Assembly (NCBI GenBank): GCA_964577685.1
Contig: CAZNZT010000009.1
Span: forward strand, 1-62,795
DNA: 62,795 nt
Reading direction: 5' to 3'
DNA from: an uncultured Methanosarcinales archaeon
Lineage (GTDB): Archaea; Nanobdellota; Nanobdellia; Woesearchaeales; JACPBV01
Made by a program: the position numbers and the translations under genes. Each line of letters opens with the position of its first letter. Position 1 is the stretch's first letter. The notes below the pieces were generated by a model, which was not told the origin of the DNA, made no database searches, and worked only from the letters and a program-made list of their open reading frames with translations. This document shows positions 40,125-49,249 of this stretch, piece after piece.

Positions 40125-41309
40125 ATGACTAAAGGTAGGTTTGGAAGTTATGGTGGAGTATATGTTCCAGAGACATTAATACCTGCGTGTAAAGAGCTTG
40201 AATGTGCTTTTAATAGATACAGGAAAGATAAAAAATTTAATGAAGAATTAAACAACCTTCTTGTAAAATATGCTGGTAGACCAACACCTTTGACTTTTTG
40301 TGAGAATCTTTCAAAAAGGCTTGGATGTAAGATTTATCTTAAACGGGAGGATTTAGCTCATACTGGTGCACACAAGATAAATAATGCTCTTGGCCAAGCA
40401 CTATTGGCTAAATATATGGGCAAGACAAGAGTGATAGCAGAAACCGGAGCAGGTCAGCATGGTGTAGCAACAGCTACTGCTGCAGCAAAGCTTGGATTGA
40501 AGTGTGAAATCTATATGGGTAGTGTAGATATTGAAAGACAAAAACCAAATGTTTTTAGAATGAAACTTTTAGGGGCTAAAGTAAATCCAGTGGTTTCTGG
40601 TGGGAAGACACTAAAGGATGCTATAAATGAGGCATTAAGGGATTGGACAACAAATGTAAGGACAACACACTATCTTTTAGGTTCTGTTTTAGGTCCACAT
40701 CCATACCCAGAGATGGTTGCATATTTTCAGTCAATAGTAGGTAAAGAGACAAGGAGACAAATAGTAATGGAAGAGGGGAGGTTACCGGATGCTATTATTG
40801 CCTGTGTCGGTGGAGGTTCTAACTCTATAGGCATTTTTAAGAGTTTTATTAGGGATAGGAAGGTGAGGTTAATCGGGGTTGAGGCAGGCGGCCTGGGTAT
40901 AAATACAGGAAAGCATGCTGCAAGGTTTTCTGATAAAAAACTCGGTAGGTTAGGTATCCTTCATGGTACAATGACTTATGTATTGCAAGATAAATTTGGG
41001 CAGATATATAACACCCACTCAATATCAGCTGGACTTGATTATTCAGCTGTTGGCCCAGAACATGTTTTTTTAAGAGATATGGGGCGTGCTGAGTATTATT
41101 ATGCTACGGATAAGGAGTGTCTACAAGCATTTAAGATATTGAGCGAAGATGAAGGCATAATTCCAGCTCTTGAATCTGCTCACGCTGTTGCTTATCTAAT
41201 AAAGAATGCAAAAAAATTCAAAGATAAGCTTATTATCATAAACCTAAGTGGAAGAGGGGATAAAGATATTTATGTGGCTGCCAGAGGCTTAGGTGTAAAG
41301 ATAGATTAA
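40125..41309 (+). CDS. trpB: Tryptophan synthase beta subunit (TrpB1 type)
   Basis: [55 protein letters not shown]. Confidence 0.97.
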   Translation: MTKGRFGSYGGVYVPETLIPACKELECAFNRYRKDKKFNEELNNLLVKYAGRPTPLTFCENLSKRLGCKIYLKREDLAHTGAHKINNALGQALLAKYMGKTRVIAETGAGQHGVATATAAAKLGLKCEIYMGSVDIERQKPNVFRMKLLGAKVNPVVSGGKTLKDAINEALRDWTTNVRTTHYLLGSVLGPHPYPEMVAYFQSIVGKETRRQIVMEEGRLPDAIIACVGGGSNSIGIFKSFIRDRKVRLIGVEAGGLGINTGKHAARFSDKKLGRLGILHGTMTYVLQDKFGQIYNTHSISAGLDYSAVGPEHVFLRDMGRAEYYYATDKECLQAFKILSEDEGIIPALESAHAVAYLIKNAKKFKDKLIIINLSGRGDKDIYVAARGLGVKID

Positions 41310-41370
41310 AAGATTTTATGGTATTAAGGATAACAAGTTTTTTAAAATTATCAGATTTCTTTTTCTTTCT

Positions 41371-42729
41371 ATGAAGAGGGATCTCACAGAGGGGAGTATA
41401 GTAAAGACTATGGTAATAACGGCAGTACCTATGATTCTGGCTCTTTTGCTTCAAACTGGCTTTAATGTTGTTGATGCTATCTATGTTGGTCATATTAGTG
41501 CAGAAGCAATCGCAGCTGTTTCATTGGCATTTCCGATAATGTTTTTTGTTTTTGCTGTAGCAGGGGGGATAGGTGTTGGCGCTACTTCATCTATAGCTCA
41601 GTTTATTGGAGCAAAGAAACTAGAGAAAGCTGATAATGTAGCCGAGCATGCTTTATTGGCTGGTTTTTGTTTGGGAATATTTCTCAGTATATTTGGTTTA
41701 ATTTTTGGTAGGAGCATTTTAGGCTTAATGGGGACTAAGCAACTGGTTGAGCTTTCTTTTGAATACTTAAGTATTATTTTTATTGGTGTTCCTTTTATGA
41801 TTCTATTTGTTATAGGTAATAGTATCTTTAGGGGAGAAGGAGATACAAAAACACCAATGGGTTTTATGATTGTGGCTACTATTATAAATATAATTCTTGA
41901 TCCAATATTTATTTTTTCTTTTGGTCTTGGTGTCAGAGGAGCTGCCATAGCTACATTAATATCCAATATTGTGGGTACATCCCTTGTCTTTTTTGGTTTC
42001 GCAAGAGGAAAATCATTTGTAAAAATTAAGCTAAGTCACTTTAGGTTTGATTCTAAAATCCTGAAGATGATTTTTAGAATTGGTTTTCCAAGCTCTTTGT
42101 CTCAGATAAGTATGTCTGTAAGTCTTTTTGTTATGATGAAGATTGTAGGTTATTTTGGAATGTATGCTATTGCTGCTTTTGGTATCATATTTAGGTTAGA
42201 TAGTATAGCTATTCTTCCTTCTATTGGTCTTATGATGGCTGTGGTGCCTATAGTTGGTCAGAATATTGGAGCGAGGAAGTTTGATAGGGTAGAAAAAACA
42301 ACCTATATTGGAGCAAGTATTGCAGCAACATTCACAGCCATTGTTGGAATCTGTTTCTTTCTCTTTCCTAAGTTTTTTATATCTTTATTTAATTCTCAGC
42401 CAGAGGTCTTAAAATATAGTATGATGTATTTAAGAACGGTAACCTTGACTTACGCTTTTATTGGGGTTAGTATCATTATTGGTGGCTCTTTCCTTGGCTT
42501 AGGCAATTCACTTTCAACCTTATTATTAACTCTGTTTAGGGTTATTATACTAGTAATTCCTATTGCTCTGCTGCTCGCGTTTATTTTTAAATTGAAACTT
42601 TTAGGGGTGTGGTTGGCTTATGCTATATCAAATGTGCTTGCAGCTCTGTTTTCTTTGTTTTTATTTAAAACAGGAAAATGGAAGAAAAGCCATATAAAGA
42701 GGAGAGATATTCCAAGGGCTATTCCTTAA
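41371..42729 (+). CDS. MATE family efflux transporter
   Basis: DLTEGSI, FRGEGDTKTPM, NIILDPIFI, GVRGAAIAT, VGQNIGA. Confidence 0.93.
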   Translation: MKRDLTEGSIVKTMVITAVPMILALLLQTGFNVVDAIYVGHISAEAIAAVSLAFPIMFFVFAVAGGIGVGATSSIAQFIGAKKLEKADNVAEHALLAGFCLGIFLSIFGLIFGRSILGLMGTKQLVELSFEYLSIIFIGVPFMILFVIGNSIFRGEGDTKTPMGFMIVATIINIILDPIFIFSFGLGVRGAAIATLISNIVGTSLVFFGFARGKSFVKIKLSHFRFDSKILKMIFRIGFPSSLSQISMSVSLFVMMKIVGYFGMYAIAAFGIIFRLDSIAILPSIGLMMAVVPIVGQNIGARKFDRVEKTTYIGASIAATFTAIVGICFFLFPKFFISLFNSQPEVLKYSMMYLRTVTLTYAFIGVSIIIGGSFLGLGNSLSTLLLTLFRVIILVIPIALLLAFIFKLKLLGVWLAYAISNVLAALFSLFLFKTGKWKKSHIKRRDIPRAIP

Positions 42730-43666
42730 TTTTTTCCATTTTTTTTATATATTTGGCTAGGGCTTTTTCCACTTCTTTTTTTAATTTTTCATTTATCCCT
42801 AATTTTTCTATTTCATTTTTGATATTTATTTCTGGTTTTTTTGTTAATGAACTTACAAGAATCCTGTTTGCTTTCTTGCATTCTTCTTCTATCCTTTTTG
42901 CATATATCGTATTAAACTTTCTGATTGATGGAAATTTAGTTATTGAATCTGCTCCTGCTTTCAATAGCAGACTTATTTCATCTAGGTGTGTTAGCCAAGA
43001 ACCTGCTATAATCTCCATATGTGGGAATTCTTTTCTTGTCTTTTTTATCCATTCTACATAATATTCAGTTTTAGGTCCTTCTTTGTTTTCAAATATAGTG
43101 GCTTTTTGTGGCTTTAGTCTATAGAATGTTATTCTATCAATTTTGTGTTTATTTATGAATTCCTTTAGTGTTTCAAAATCTCCAATTTTTTCTCCTAGGC
43201 CTATGATTATTGTTATTGCCTTTTTTAGATTTAATTCATTACAATAAGAGAACATTTTTTCTATTTGCCATAATGGTTTACTTGGACATAGTTTTTCTCT
43301 TAGTTTTGGGTTTATACATTCTACAGCACCACAGACTCCTGTTATGTAGGGTTTGAATAATTCCAATTGTTTTTTATTCAGAAATCCGATATTCAGCCAT
43401 TGTTTTTGCTTTGTTATCTCATAAATATTTTTTATTATCTCAAATAGTTCCAAATCAGAAAAGCTATCACACCCACTTGATAGAAATTCTATTTTCCATT
43501 TACATGCTTTACATATTATTGCTTCTGCCAATACAGATGCTTGGCTTCTTCTATCTTTTATGGGGTCTTGATTTGTTTTTTTTGAGGAAAGATAACAGAA
43601 TGCGCAATCTCTCTTTGAGCAGTACCAGCTTAGGAATATTGCCCTTTCAAAATATGTTTTCTTCAT
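42719..43666 (-). CDS. Radical SAM protein (BioB-like fold) with CX4CX2C motif
   Basis: WYCSKRDCAFCY, SSG, CPSKP, IIGLGE, L.PQK.T. Confidence 0.8.
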   Translation of the reverse strand: MKKTYFERAIFLSWYCSKRDCAFCYLSSKKTNQDPIKDRRSQASVLAEAIICKACKWKIEFLSSGCDSFSDLELFEIIKNIYEITKQKQWLNIGFLNKKQLELFKPYITGVCGAVECINPKLREKLCPSKPLWQIEKMFSYCNELNLKKAITIIIGLGEKIGDFETLKEFINKHKIDRITFYRLKPQKATIFENKEGPKTEYYVEWIKKTRKEFPHMEIIAGSWLTHLDEISLLLKAGADSITKFPSIRKFNTIYAKRIEEECKKANRILVSSLTKKPEINIKNEIEKLGINEKLKKEVEKALAKYIKKMEKIKE

Positions 43667-43705
43667 AGTACTAATAAATATTTTTGATTTAAAATATTGC
43701 TAGAG

Positions 43706-43796
43706 AGCCCCTGGGGAGATTTGCACTCCCGACCTGCTGATCTCTTTTTTATTATTTAAATACGAGTCAGCCGCTCTTCTACTAAGCTACAGGGGC
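43706..43796 (-). tRNA. tRNA-Thr(CGT) with a 19-nt intron at 37/38 (43742-43760)
   Basis: Acceptor GCCCCTG/CAGGGGC, anticodon stem GCTGA/TCAGC with CT-CGT-A, T stem GGGAG/CTCCC; CCA not encoded. Confidence 0.88.
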
Positions 43797-43804
43797 ATAA
43801 GAAT

Positions 43805-43951
43805 CTATTTTTTTATTTGCTTTAATAAATCTTCTTTCTTTGGAAATCTTTTTTGACAAATATTGCAGACTGGTTTTTTGTCTATATATGTTCCTATTAG
43901 CTTGTTTAGGAAGGTGGTTTCTATTTTTGAACCGCAAATTGAACATTTCAT
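43805..43951 (-). CDS. 48-aa zinc-finger micro-protein MKCSICGSKIETTFLNKLIGTYIDKKPVCNICQKRFPKKEDLLKQIKK (not in ORF track)
   Basis: Manual translation; two CxxC motifs; GGTGA RBS 5 nt before the ATG. Confidence 0.8.
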   Translation of the reverse strand: MKCSICGSKIETTFLNKLIGTYIDKKPVCNICQKRFPKKEDLLKQIKK

Positions 43952-44121
43952 TTTATCACCATGTTCTTTATTCTTTGTTTTTAGAATATTTCTTAATGTA
44001 CATACCTGTCACTACTATTTTTTTTGTCATATTTATTGGAAAGGAATGCTTATTTATAAATGCTATTCTTTTGCTTTATTATTAAAAAAATTTATTAATA
44101 ACAATAAACTTTGCTGTTGTA

Positions 44122-45882
44122 ATGACAAGGATAGCTATAGTAAGGAAGGAGAAGTGTAATTCGTCTGGATGCGGGGGTTATCTTTGTATTAGGGTATGCC
44201 CTGTCAATAGGATGGGTAAGGAGTGCATAGTGGAGGGAAGTGATGGAAAGCCTAAGATAAACGAAGAGCTTTGTACTGGTTGCGGGATTTGCCAAAATAG
44301 GTGTCCTTTTTCAGCGATTTCTATTATAAATCTACCTAGTGAGTTAAATAAGCCACCTATACACCAATATAGTAAAAATGGTTTTCGCCTCTATAGTTTG
44401 CCAACTCCTATTTTTGGTAAGGTGGTTGGAATAATAGGCGCTAATGGAATTGGTAAATCCACAGCAATAAAGATTTTGGCTGGTGTTTTAGAGCCAAACC
44501 TTGGTAATTTTGATTCAAAGAGTGTAGATTATAATAGTTTGATTGAGTTTTTTAAGGGTAGTGAGGCGCAATCTTTTTTTGAGAAATTAAAAGATGGAAA
44601 AATTAGGGTAAGCTATAAGCCCCAACAAGTTGAGCTGATTCCAAAGAAGATGAAGGGGGTAGTTAATGAATTATTAAGCAGGGTTGATGAAAAGAAGAAA
44701 TTGAATGAAATCGCAAAGGCATTGGGTATAGAGAAAATTTTGGATAGTGATATAAGTAAAATTTCTGGTGGAGAGTTGCAAAAGGTGGCAATTGCTGCTA
44801 CAGTTCTGAAGGAAGCGAATGTTTATATTTTTGATGAGCCATCTTCTTATTTGGACGTAAAGCAACGCTTGAAGATTTCTAGGTTCATTAAATCTTTGGC
44901 TAATGAAAATACAGCAGTTGTTGTAATAGAACATGATTTGGTGGCTATGGATTATATGGCTGATTTGGTTTATATTATGTATGGGAAAGAGGATTGTTAT
45001 GGGATTGTCTCTACTGTTCTTAATGCAAAGGTAGGAATTAATACTTATCTAGATGGCTATCTGAAGGAGGGTAATGTACGATTTAGAGATTATAGGATAA
45101 GGTTTGAGATAAAACCACCTACAAAGGAAAAGAAAGGAGAAGAATTAGTGAATTGGCCTGATATGGAGAAAAACTTAGGGAGGTTTAAATTAATCGCTAG
45201 CAAGGGAAGCATTAATAGAAAGGAGATTGTAGGAGTTTTAGGAGAAAATGGGATAGGAAAGACAACATTTGTCAGGTTATTGGCTGGTGTTGAAGAGCCA
45301 GACAAAGGAAAGATAAATTTTAAGTTAAGGATTTCATATAAACCACAGAAGCTTGAGTCTGATTCCGAGGAACTTGTAGCTAGTATTTTAAAAGATGTTA
45401 TAAAGAATCATTCTGCTGATATAATCAATCCTTTGAAGATAAAGGAATTATACACAAAAAAAATTAATCAATTAAGCGGAGGGGAGCTCCAGAGAGTTGC
45501 TGTTGCATTAGCTTTGGGTAAGGATTGTGATTTGATCCTATTGGATGAACCATCAGCGTATTTAGATGTGGAACAACGTTTGGTTGTTTCTAAAGTTATA
45601 AAAAATATTGCAGAGAGAAAAGGAATATCTGTAATGGTTGTTGACCATGATTTATTGTTTATAGATTACTTGAGTAATAGACTTATTATCTTTGATGGCG
45701 AACCTGCAAGAGAAGGTATAGAAAAAGGACCTTTCTCTATGGAGGATGGAATGAATACCCTTTTAAGAGATTTACAAATAAGTTTGAGGAGGGACCCAGA
45801 TTCTGGTAGGCCAAGGATAAATAAGCCTGGTTCTGTAATGGATAGAAAACAAAAAGCAGAAGGAAAACTTTATTATGCTTAG
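44122..45882 (+). CDS. Ribosome recycling ATPase ABCE1/RLI
   Basis: N-terminal Fe-S Cys motifs, two ABC domains (GANGIGKST, GENGIGKTT, SGGELQ), RPRINK. Confidence 0.96.
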   Translation: MTRIAIVRKEKCNSSGCGGYLCIRVCPVNRMGKECIVEGSDGKPKINEELCTGCGICQNRCPFSAISIINLPSELNKPPIHQYSKNGFRLYSLPTPIFGKVVGIIGANGIGKSTAIKILAGVLEPNLGNFDSKSVDYNSLIEFFKGSEAQSFFEKLKDGKIRVSYKPQQVELIPKKMKGVVNELLSRVDEKKKLNEIAKALGIEKILDSDISKISGGELQKVAIAATVLKEANVYIFDEPSSYLDVKQRLKISRFIKSLANENTAVVVIEHDLVAMDYMADLVYIMYGKEDCYGIVSTVLNAKVGINTYLDGYLKEGNVRFRDYRIRFEIKPPTKEKKGEELVNWPDMEKNLGRFKLIASKGSINRKEIVGVLGENGIGKTTFVRLLAGVEEPDKGKINFKLRISYKPQKLESDSEELVASILKDVIKNHSADIINPLKIKELYTKKINQLSGGELQRVAVALALGKDCDLILLDEPSAYLDVEQRLVVSKVIKNIAERKGISVMVVDHDLLFIDYLSNRLIIFDGEPAREGIEKGPFSMEDGMNTLLRDLQISLRRDPDSGRPRINKPGSVMDRKQKAEGKLYYA

Positions 45883-45917
45883 GGCTTAAGTTCTTTGTTT
45901 ATTACTTTAATTATGTT

Positions 45918-46258
45918 TTAGCCAAAATATTACTCGGGCAAAACTATTCTTCCTTTCTCTTGTTAAGTATTTGCAATAAAGTTATTAATGTTGAAGCATC
46001 CCTTCTATCAAGAAATCTACTTAACTCATTTATAAGGTCACGTTGTTTTTCAGTTGCTTCAGTTGGTTTATAATTAAATTTCTCATATTTTTTAGCTATT
46101 ATCTCCCAGGTTTTAATCAACTTTTCTTTTTCTTCTTTTTTCAAATTCAAATAAAGAGCCATGAGATATAGTTTACTTAACTTGTTTTTATAGTTTTGCC
46201 CTGCGTCATACTTCCCTCCCCCACTTCGTATGGGTCGGTTCGGCTAACAGCGATTCGC
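45918..46258 (-). mobile_element. Putative structure-defined gene cassette 3
   Basis: Minus strand GCGAATCGCT-GTTAGCCGAA, CGAAG hairpin, GAAG-TATGACGCA-GGGCAAAACTAT ... ATAGTTTTGCCC-GAGTAATA-TT-TTGGCTAA. Confidence 0.7.
45944..46162 (-). CDS. Hypothetical 72-aa protein (cassette 3 cargo)
   Basis: ATG ORF whose stop codon lies inside the 12-bp inverted repeat. Confidence 0.65.
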   Translation of the reverse strand: MALYLNLKKEEKEKLIKTWEIIAKKYEKFNYKPTEATEKQRDLINELSRFLDRRDASTLITLLQILNKRKEE

Positions 46259-46276
46259 GGATGTATATGTATATTT

Positions 46277-46840
46277 TTATGCTTTTCCTTTACTTTCTCC
46301 TAAGACAACTCCTGACGCTATTATATGTGCAATTCTTATTGGTTCTGGTATATGGCTTCTCGTGCAGCTTATTTTTATTATCTCTCTTGCTTTATTTAGG
46401 TTTATCCCTTTCCTTTGGATGTAAATTTTATTTATTTTTTCTACTTTTCCTGCTTTTTTGATTATTTTATATTTGTTGGATTTGTTTATCTTTTCTAATG
46501 TTTCTTTTATCTTTTCATAATCTGGATATTTCCTGATAACGACTATAACAGGTATCTTTGTTTTTTTATTTAATTCTTCTATATCTATGACATTAAACCC
46601 CCCTAACGCTATTCCATTAATTAGTATGCACCTTAACTGTGGCTTGAATTTTGATTTGTTTATCATCTCAATAAGCTTTTTTGTTGAGTCATCACCATCT
46701 ATTCTTACTTTTGTTGTTATAACCCCCTCTAGCAGAGTACCACCCCTGAATATTGTTCCAACCACAAGTATATCGTCATCTGTGAATTTCTTGAATGGAG
46801 AATCATCAATTCCTAGTATTCTTATCTCTTTTTTATACAT
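46277..46840 (-). CDS. DUF99/UPF0215 family protein (endonuclease V-like fold)
   Basis: RILGIDDSPF, DGDDST, GIALGGFNVID, PEPIRIAHIIASG. Confidence 0.88.
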   Translation of the reverse strand: MYKKEIRILGIDDSPFKKFTDDDILVVGTIFRGGTLLEGVITTKVRIDGDDSTKKLIEMINKSKFKPQLRCILINGIALGGFNVIDIEELNKKTKIPVIVVIRKYPDYEKIKETLEKINKSNKYKIIKKAGKVEKINKIYIQRKGINLNKAREIIKISCTRSHIPEPIRIAHIIASGVVLGESKGKA

Positions 46841-46906
46841 CTTTTTTGTTTTTATGGCTTCTGATTCATAACTCTTAAATATTAAATTCTATTTCTAGTA
46901 TATAAA

Positions 46907-48736
46907 ATGTGTGGTATCATTGGATATGTAGGGTATAGAAAAGCCGCTCCAGTTTTGCTTGAGGGACTGAAAAGCCTAGAGTACAGGGGTTATGATTCTG
47001 CTGGTATGGTTTGCGTAGATGGAAAGGAGGTTTCTGTTAAGAAGGATGTTGGCAGAATTGATGAAGTAGATAAAAAGTTAAAATTTTTAGAGTTAGGAGG
47101 TAATATTGGTCTTGCACATTCTAGATGGAGCACACATGGTAGGACAACAAAGGAAAATGCTCATCCCCATTCTGATTGTACAGGTAAGATTTTGGTGGTT
47201 CATAACGGCATTATAGAAAATTATGCGGAATTAAAAAGTGAGTTGCTTAAAAAAGGGCATGTCTTCAGGTCAGATACAGACACAGAAGTTATCGCCCACC
47301 TTATTGAAGAAGATTATGATGGGGATATATTAGATGCTGTTCTTAGGAGTTTAAAGAGAATTGTTGGTTCTTATGCCTTAGGCATTATTCATGCTGATGA
47401 ACCAGAGAAAATTATTGCAGCAAGAAATGAAAGCCCTTTGATTATCGGCTTGGGTGATAATGAAAACTTTATCTCTTCTGATGTTTCTGCTATTATAAAA
47501 CATACCAAGAAGGTTATTTATTTAGACAATAAAGAAGTGGCTGAAGTTAGCATGAATAATGTTCTTGTTTATGGCCTCCAGGGAAATAAGAAGAAAAAAA
47601 AGATTGAAAGAATAGACTGGAGTATAGATGAGGTTCAGAAACATGGATTTAAACATTTCATGTTAAAGGAGATATTTGAGCAACCAAGAGCAATAACTGA
47701 GACGATAAGCGGAAGAATAACAAGTTATGATATAGCTATTGGTGATGAGATTGGGCTTAGCGAAGAGGATATTAAAGATATTAAGAGAATAGTAATCGTG
47801 GCTTGTGGGACAAGTTGGCATGCGGGTCTTGTGGGGGAGTTTATGATTGAAGAGTTAGCAAGAATTCCAGTAGAGGTTGAATATGCTTCTGAATTTAGGT
47901 ATAGGGATCCAATAATAGATGAAGGTACGGTAGTGATTCCAATATCGCAGAGCGGAGAAACAGCTGATACCCTTGCTGCTTTGAGAGAAGCTAAAAAAAG
48001 AGGGGCTAAGATATTATCTATTGTTAATGTCAGGGGATCTTCTATTGATAGGGAATCTGATATTACAATATATACAAGAGCTGGACCTGAAATAGGAGTG
48101 GCATCTACTAAGGCATTTACATCTCAATTGGTTGTTTTGTATCTTATTACTATATATTTTGGGAAGGTCAGAGGTATATTACCAAAAGAGCAAGTTTCAA
48201 ATAGGGTAAGAGACCTTAGAATGATTCCGTTACAGATGCAAGCTGTTCTTGATAAGAGTGACTATATCTTATTGCATGCAAAGAAATTTTATGAAAAGTC
48301 AAATGCACTTTATCTTGGTAGGGGGATAAACTATCCAATAGCTCTTGAAGGGGCTTTAAAGCTAAAGGAAGTAAGCTATATCCATGCAGAGGGATATCCA
48401 GCAGCTGAGATGAAGCATGGCCCTATAGCTTTAATTGATAAAGATATGCCTGTGGTTGTTATTGCAACAAAGGATAATAGGACATACAAGAAGGTAATAA
48501 GCAATATAGAGGAAGTAAAGTCAAGAGGAGGAGTTGTTATTGCTATAGAGAGTGAGGGTGATAATGAAGTCAGAAAAATTGTTGACCATAATTTATTTAT
48601 ACCAAAGAACTCATATATATTAACACCTGTTTTGGCAGTGATTCCCTTGCAATTATTCGCTTATTATATAGCTGATTTGCGGGGATGTGATTGTGATAAG
48701 CCAAGGAATTTGGCAAAGAGCGTTACTGTAGAATGA
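46907..48736 (+). CDS. glmS: Glutamine-fructose-6-phosphate transaminase
   Basis: MCGIIG, LEYRGYDSAG, HSRWSTHG, SQSGETADT, EIGVASTK, PRNLAKSVTVE. Confidence 0.97.
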   Translation: MCGIIGYVGYRKAAPVLLEGLKSLEYRGYDSAGMVCVDGKEVSVKKDVGRIDEVDKKLKFLELGGNIGLAHSRWSTHGRTTKENAHPHSDCTGKILVVHNGIIENYAELKSELLKKGHVFRSDTDTEVIAHLIEEDYDGDILDAVLRSLKRIVGSYALGIIHADEPEKIIAARNESPLIIGLGDNENFISSDVSAIIKHTKKVIYLDNKEVAEVSMNNVLVYGLQGNKKKKKIERIDWSIDEVQKHGFKHFMLKEIFEQPRAITETISGRITSYDIAIGDEIGLSEEDIKDIKRIVIVACGTSWHAGLVGEFMIEELARIPVEVEYASEFRYRDPIIDEGTVVIPISQSGETADTLAALREAKKRGAKILSIVNVRGSSIDRESDITIYTRAGPEIGVASTKAFTSQLVVLYLITIYFGKVRGILPKEQVSNRVRDLRMIPLQMQAVLDKSDYILLHAKKFYEKSNALYLGRGINYPIALEGALKLKEVSYIHAEGYPAAEMKHGPIALIDKDMPVVVIATKDNRTYKKVISNIEEVKSRGGVVIAIESEGDNEVRKIVDHNLFIPKNSYILTPVLAVIPLQLFAYYIADLRGCDCDKPRNLAKSVTVE

Positions 48737-49209
48737 AATTCAGAAAGGCAACACCAAATGATGCTATTGGAATAGCTACTGTACTGAAGGAGTGTTATAA
48801 TATAAAGTCTATTAAGGAAGGAGTTGAGGTTTTTAAGAACGAGGTTCTAAAGCAATATAACTACATTGTTGCTGATGATAATGGAAGGATTGCTGGATTA
48901 GTGACATGGCAGATGCATGGTTTACCCAAACATCAGCTATGTGAACTTGATAGGATTGCTGTTTTGCCAGAATATAGGGGGAGGGGCGTGGGTAAGGCTT
49001 TGTTTAATGCTTTAGTTAAAGATGCTGATTCCGCTTATAGAAAATATGGATTCAGGTTGAGAAAACTCTATTTATTAACTCATAAATCAAATAAGGGGGC
49101 TCAAGCATTCTATAAAAAACTTGGTTTTAAACATGAAGCAACTTTGAAGGACCATTATTATAAGGGAGAAGATGAATTTGTGTTTAGTATGTTTTTTGAT
49201 TCAAAGTAA
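48733..49209 (+). CDS. GNAT family N-acetyltransferase
   Basis: IAVLPEYRGRGVG, N.GAQAFYKKLGF; ATGA overlap with glmS. Confidence 0.9.
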   Translation: MKFRKATPNDAIGIATVLKECYNIKSIKEGVEVFKNEVLKQYNYIVADDNGRIAGLVTWQMHGLPKHQLCELDRIAVLPEYRGRGVGKALFNALVKDADSAYRKYGFRLRKLYLLTHKSNKGAQAFYKKLGFKHEATLKDHYYKGEDEFVFSMFFDSK

Positions 49210-49249
49210 AAACAAAACTTATAAAAATATCAAATACTAGGGCTTTTGT

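Noticed and set aside
41310..41370. trpA remnant after trpB
   Set aside because: Only 61 nt with no TrpA-like residues
43968..44030. 20-aa minus-strand ORF MTKKIVVTGMYIKKYSKNKE
   Set aside because: Too short, no RBS or motif; could be a leader but unsupported
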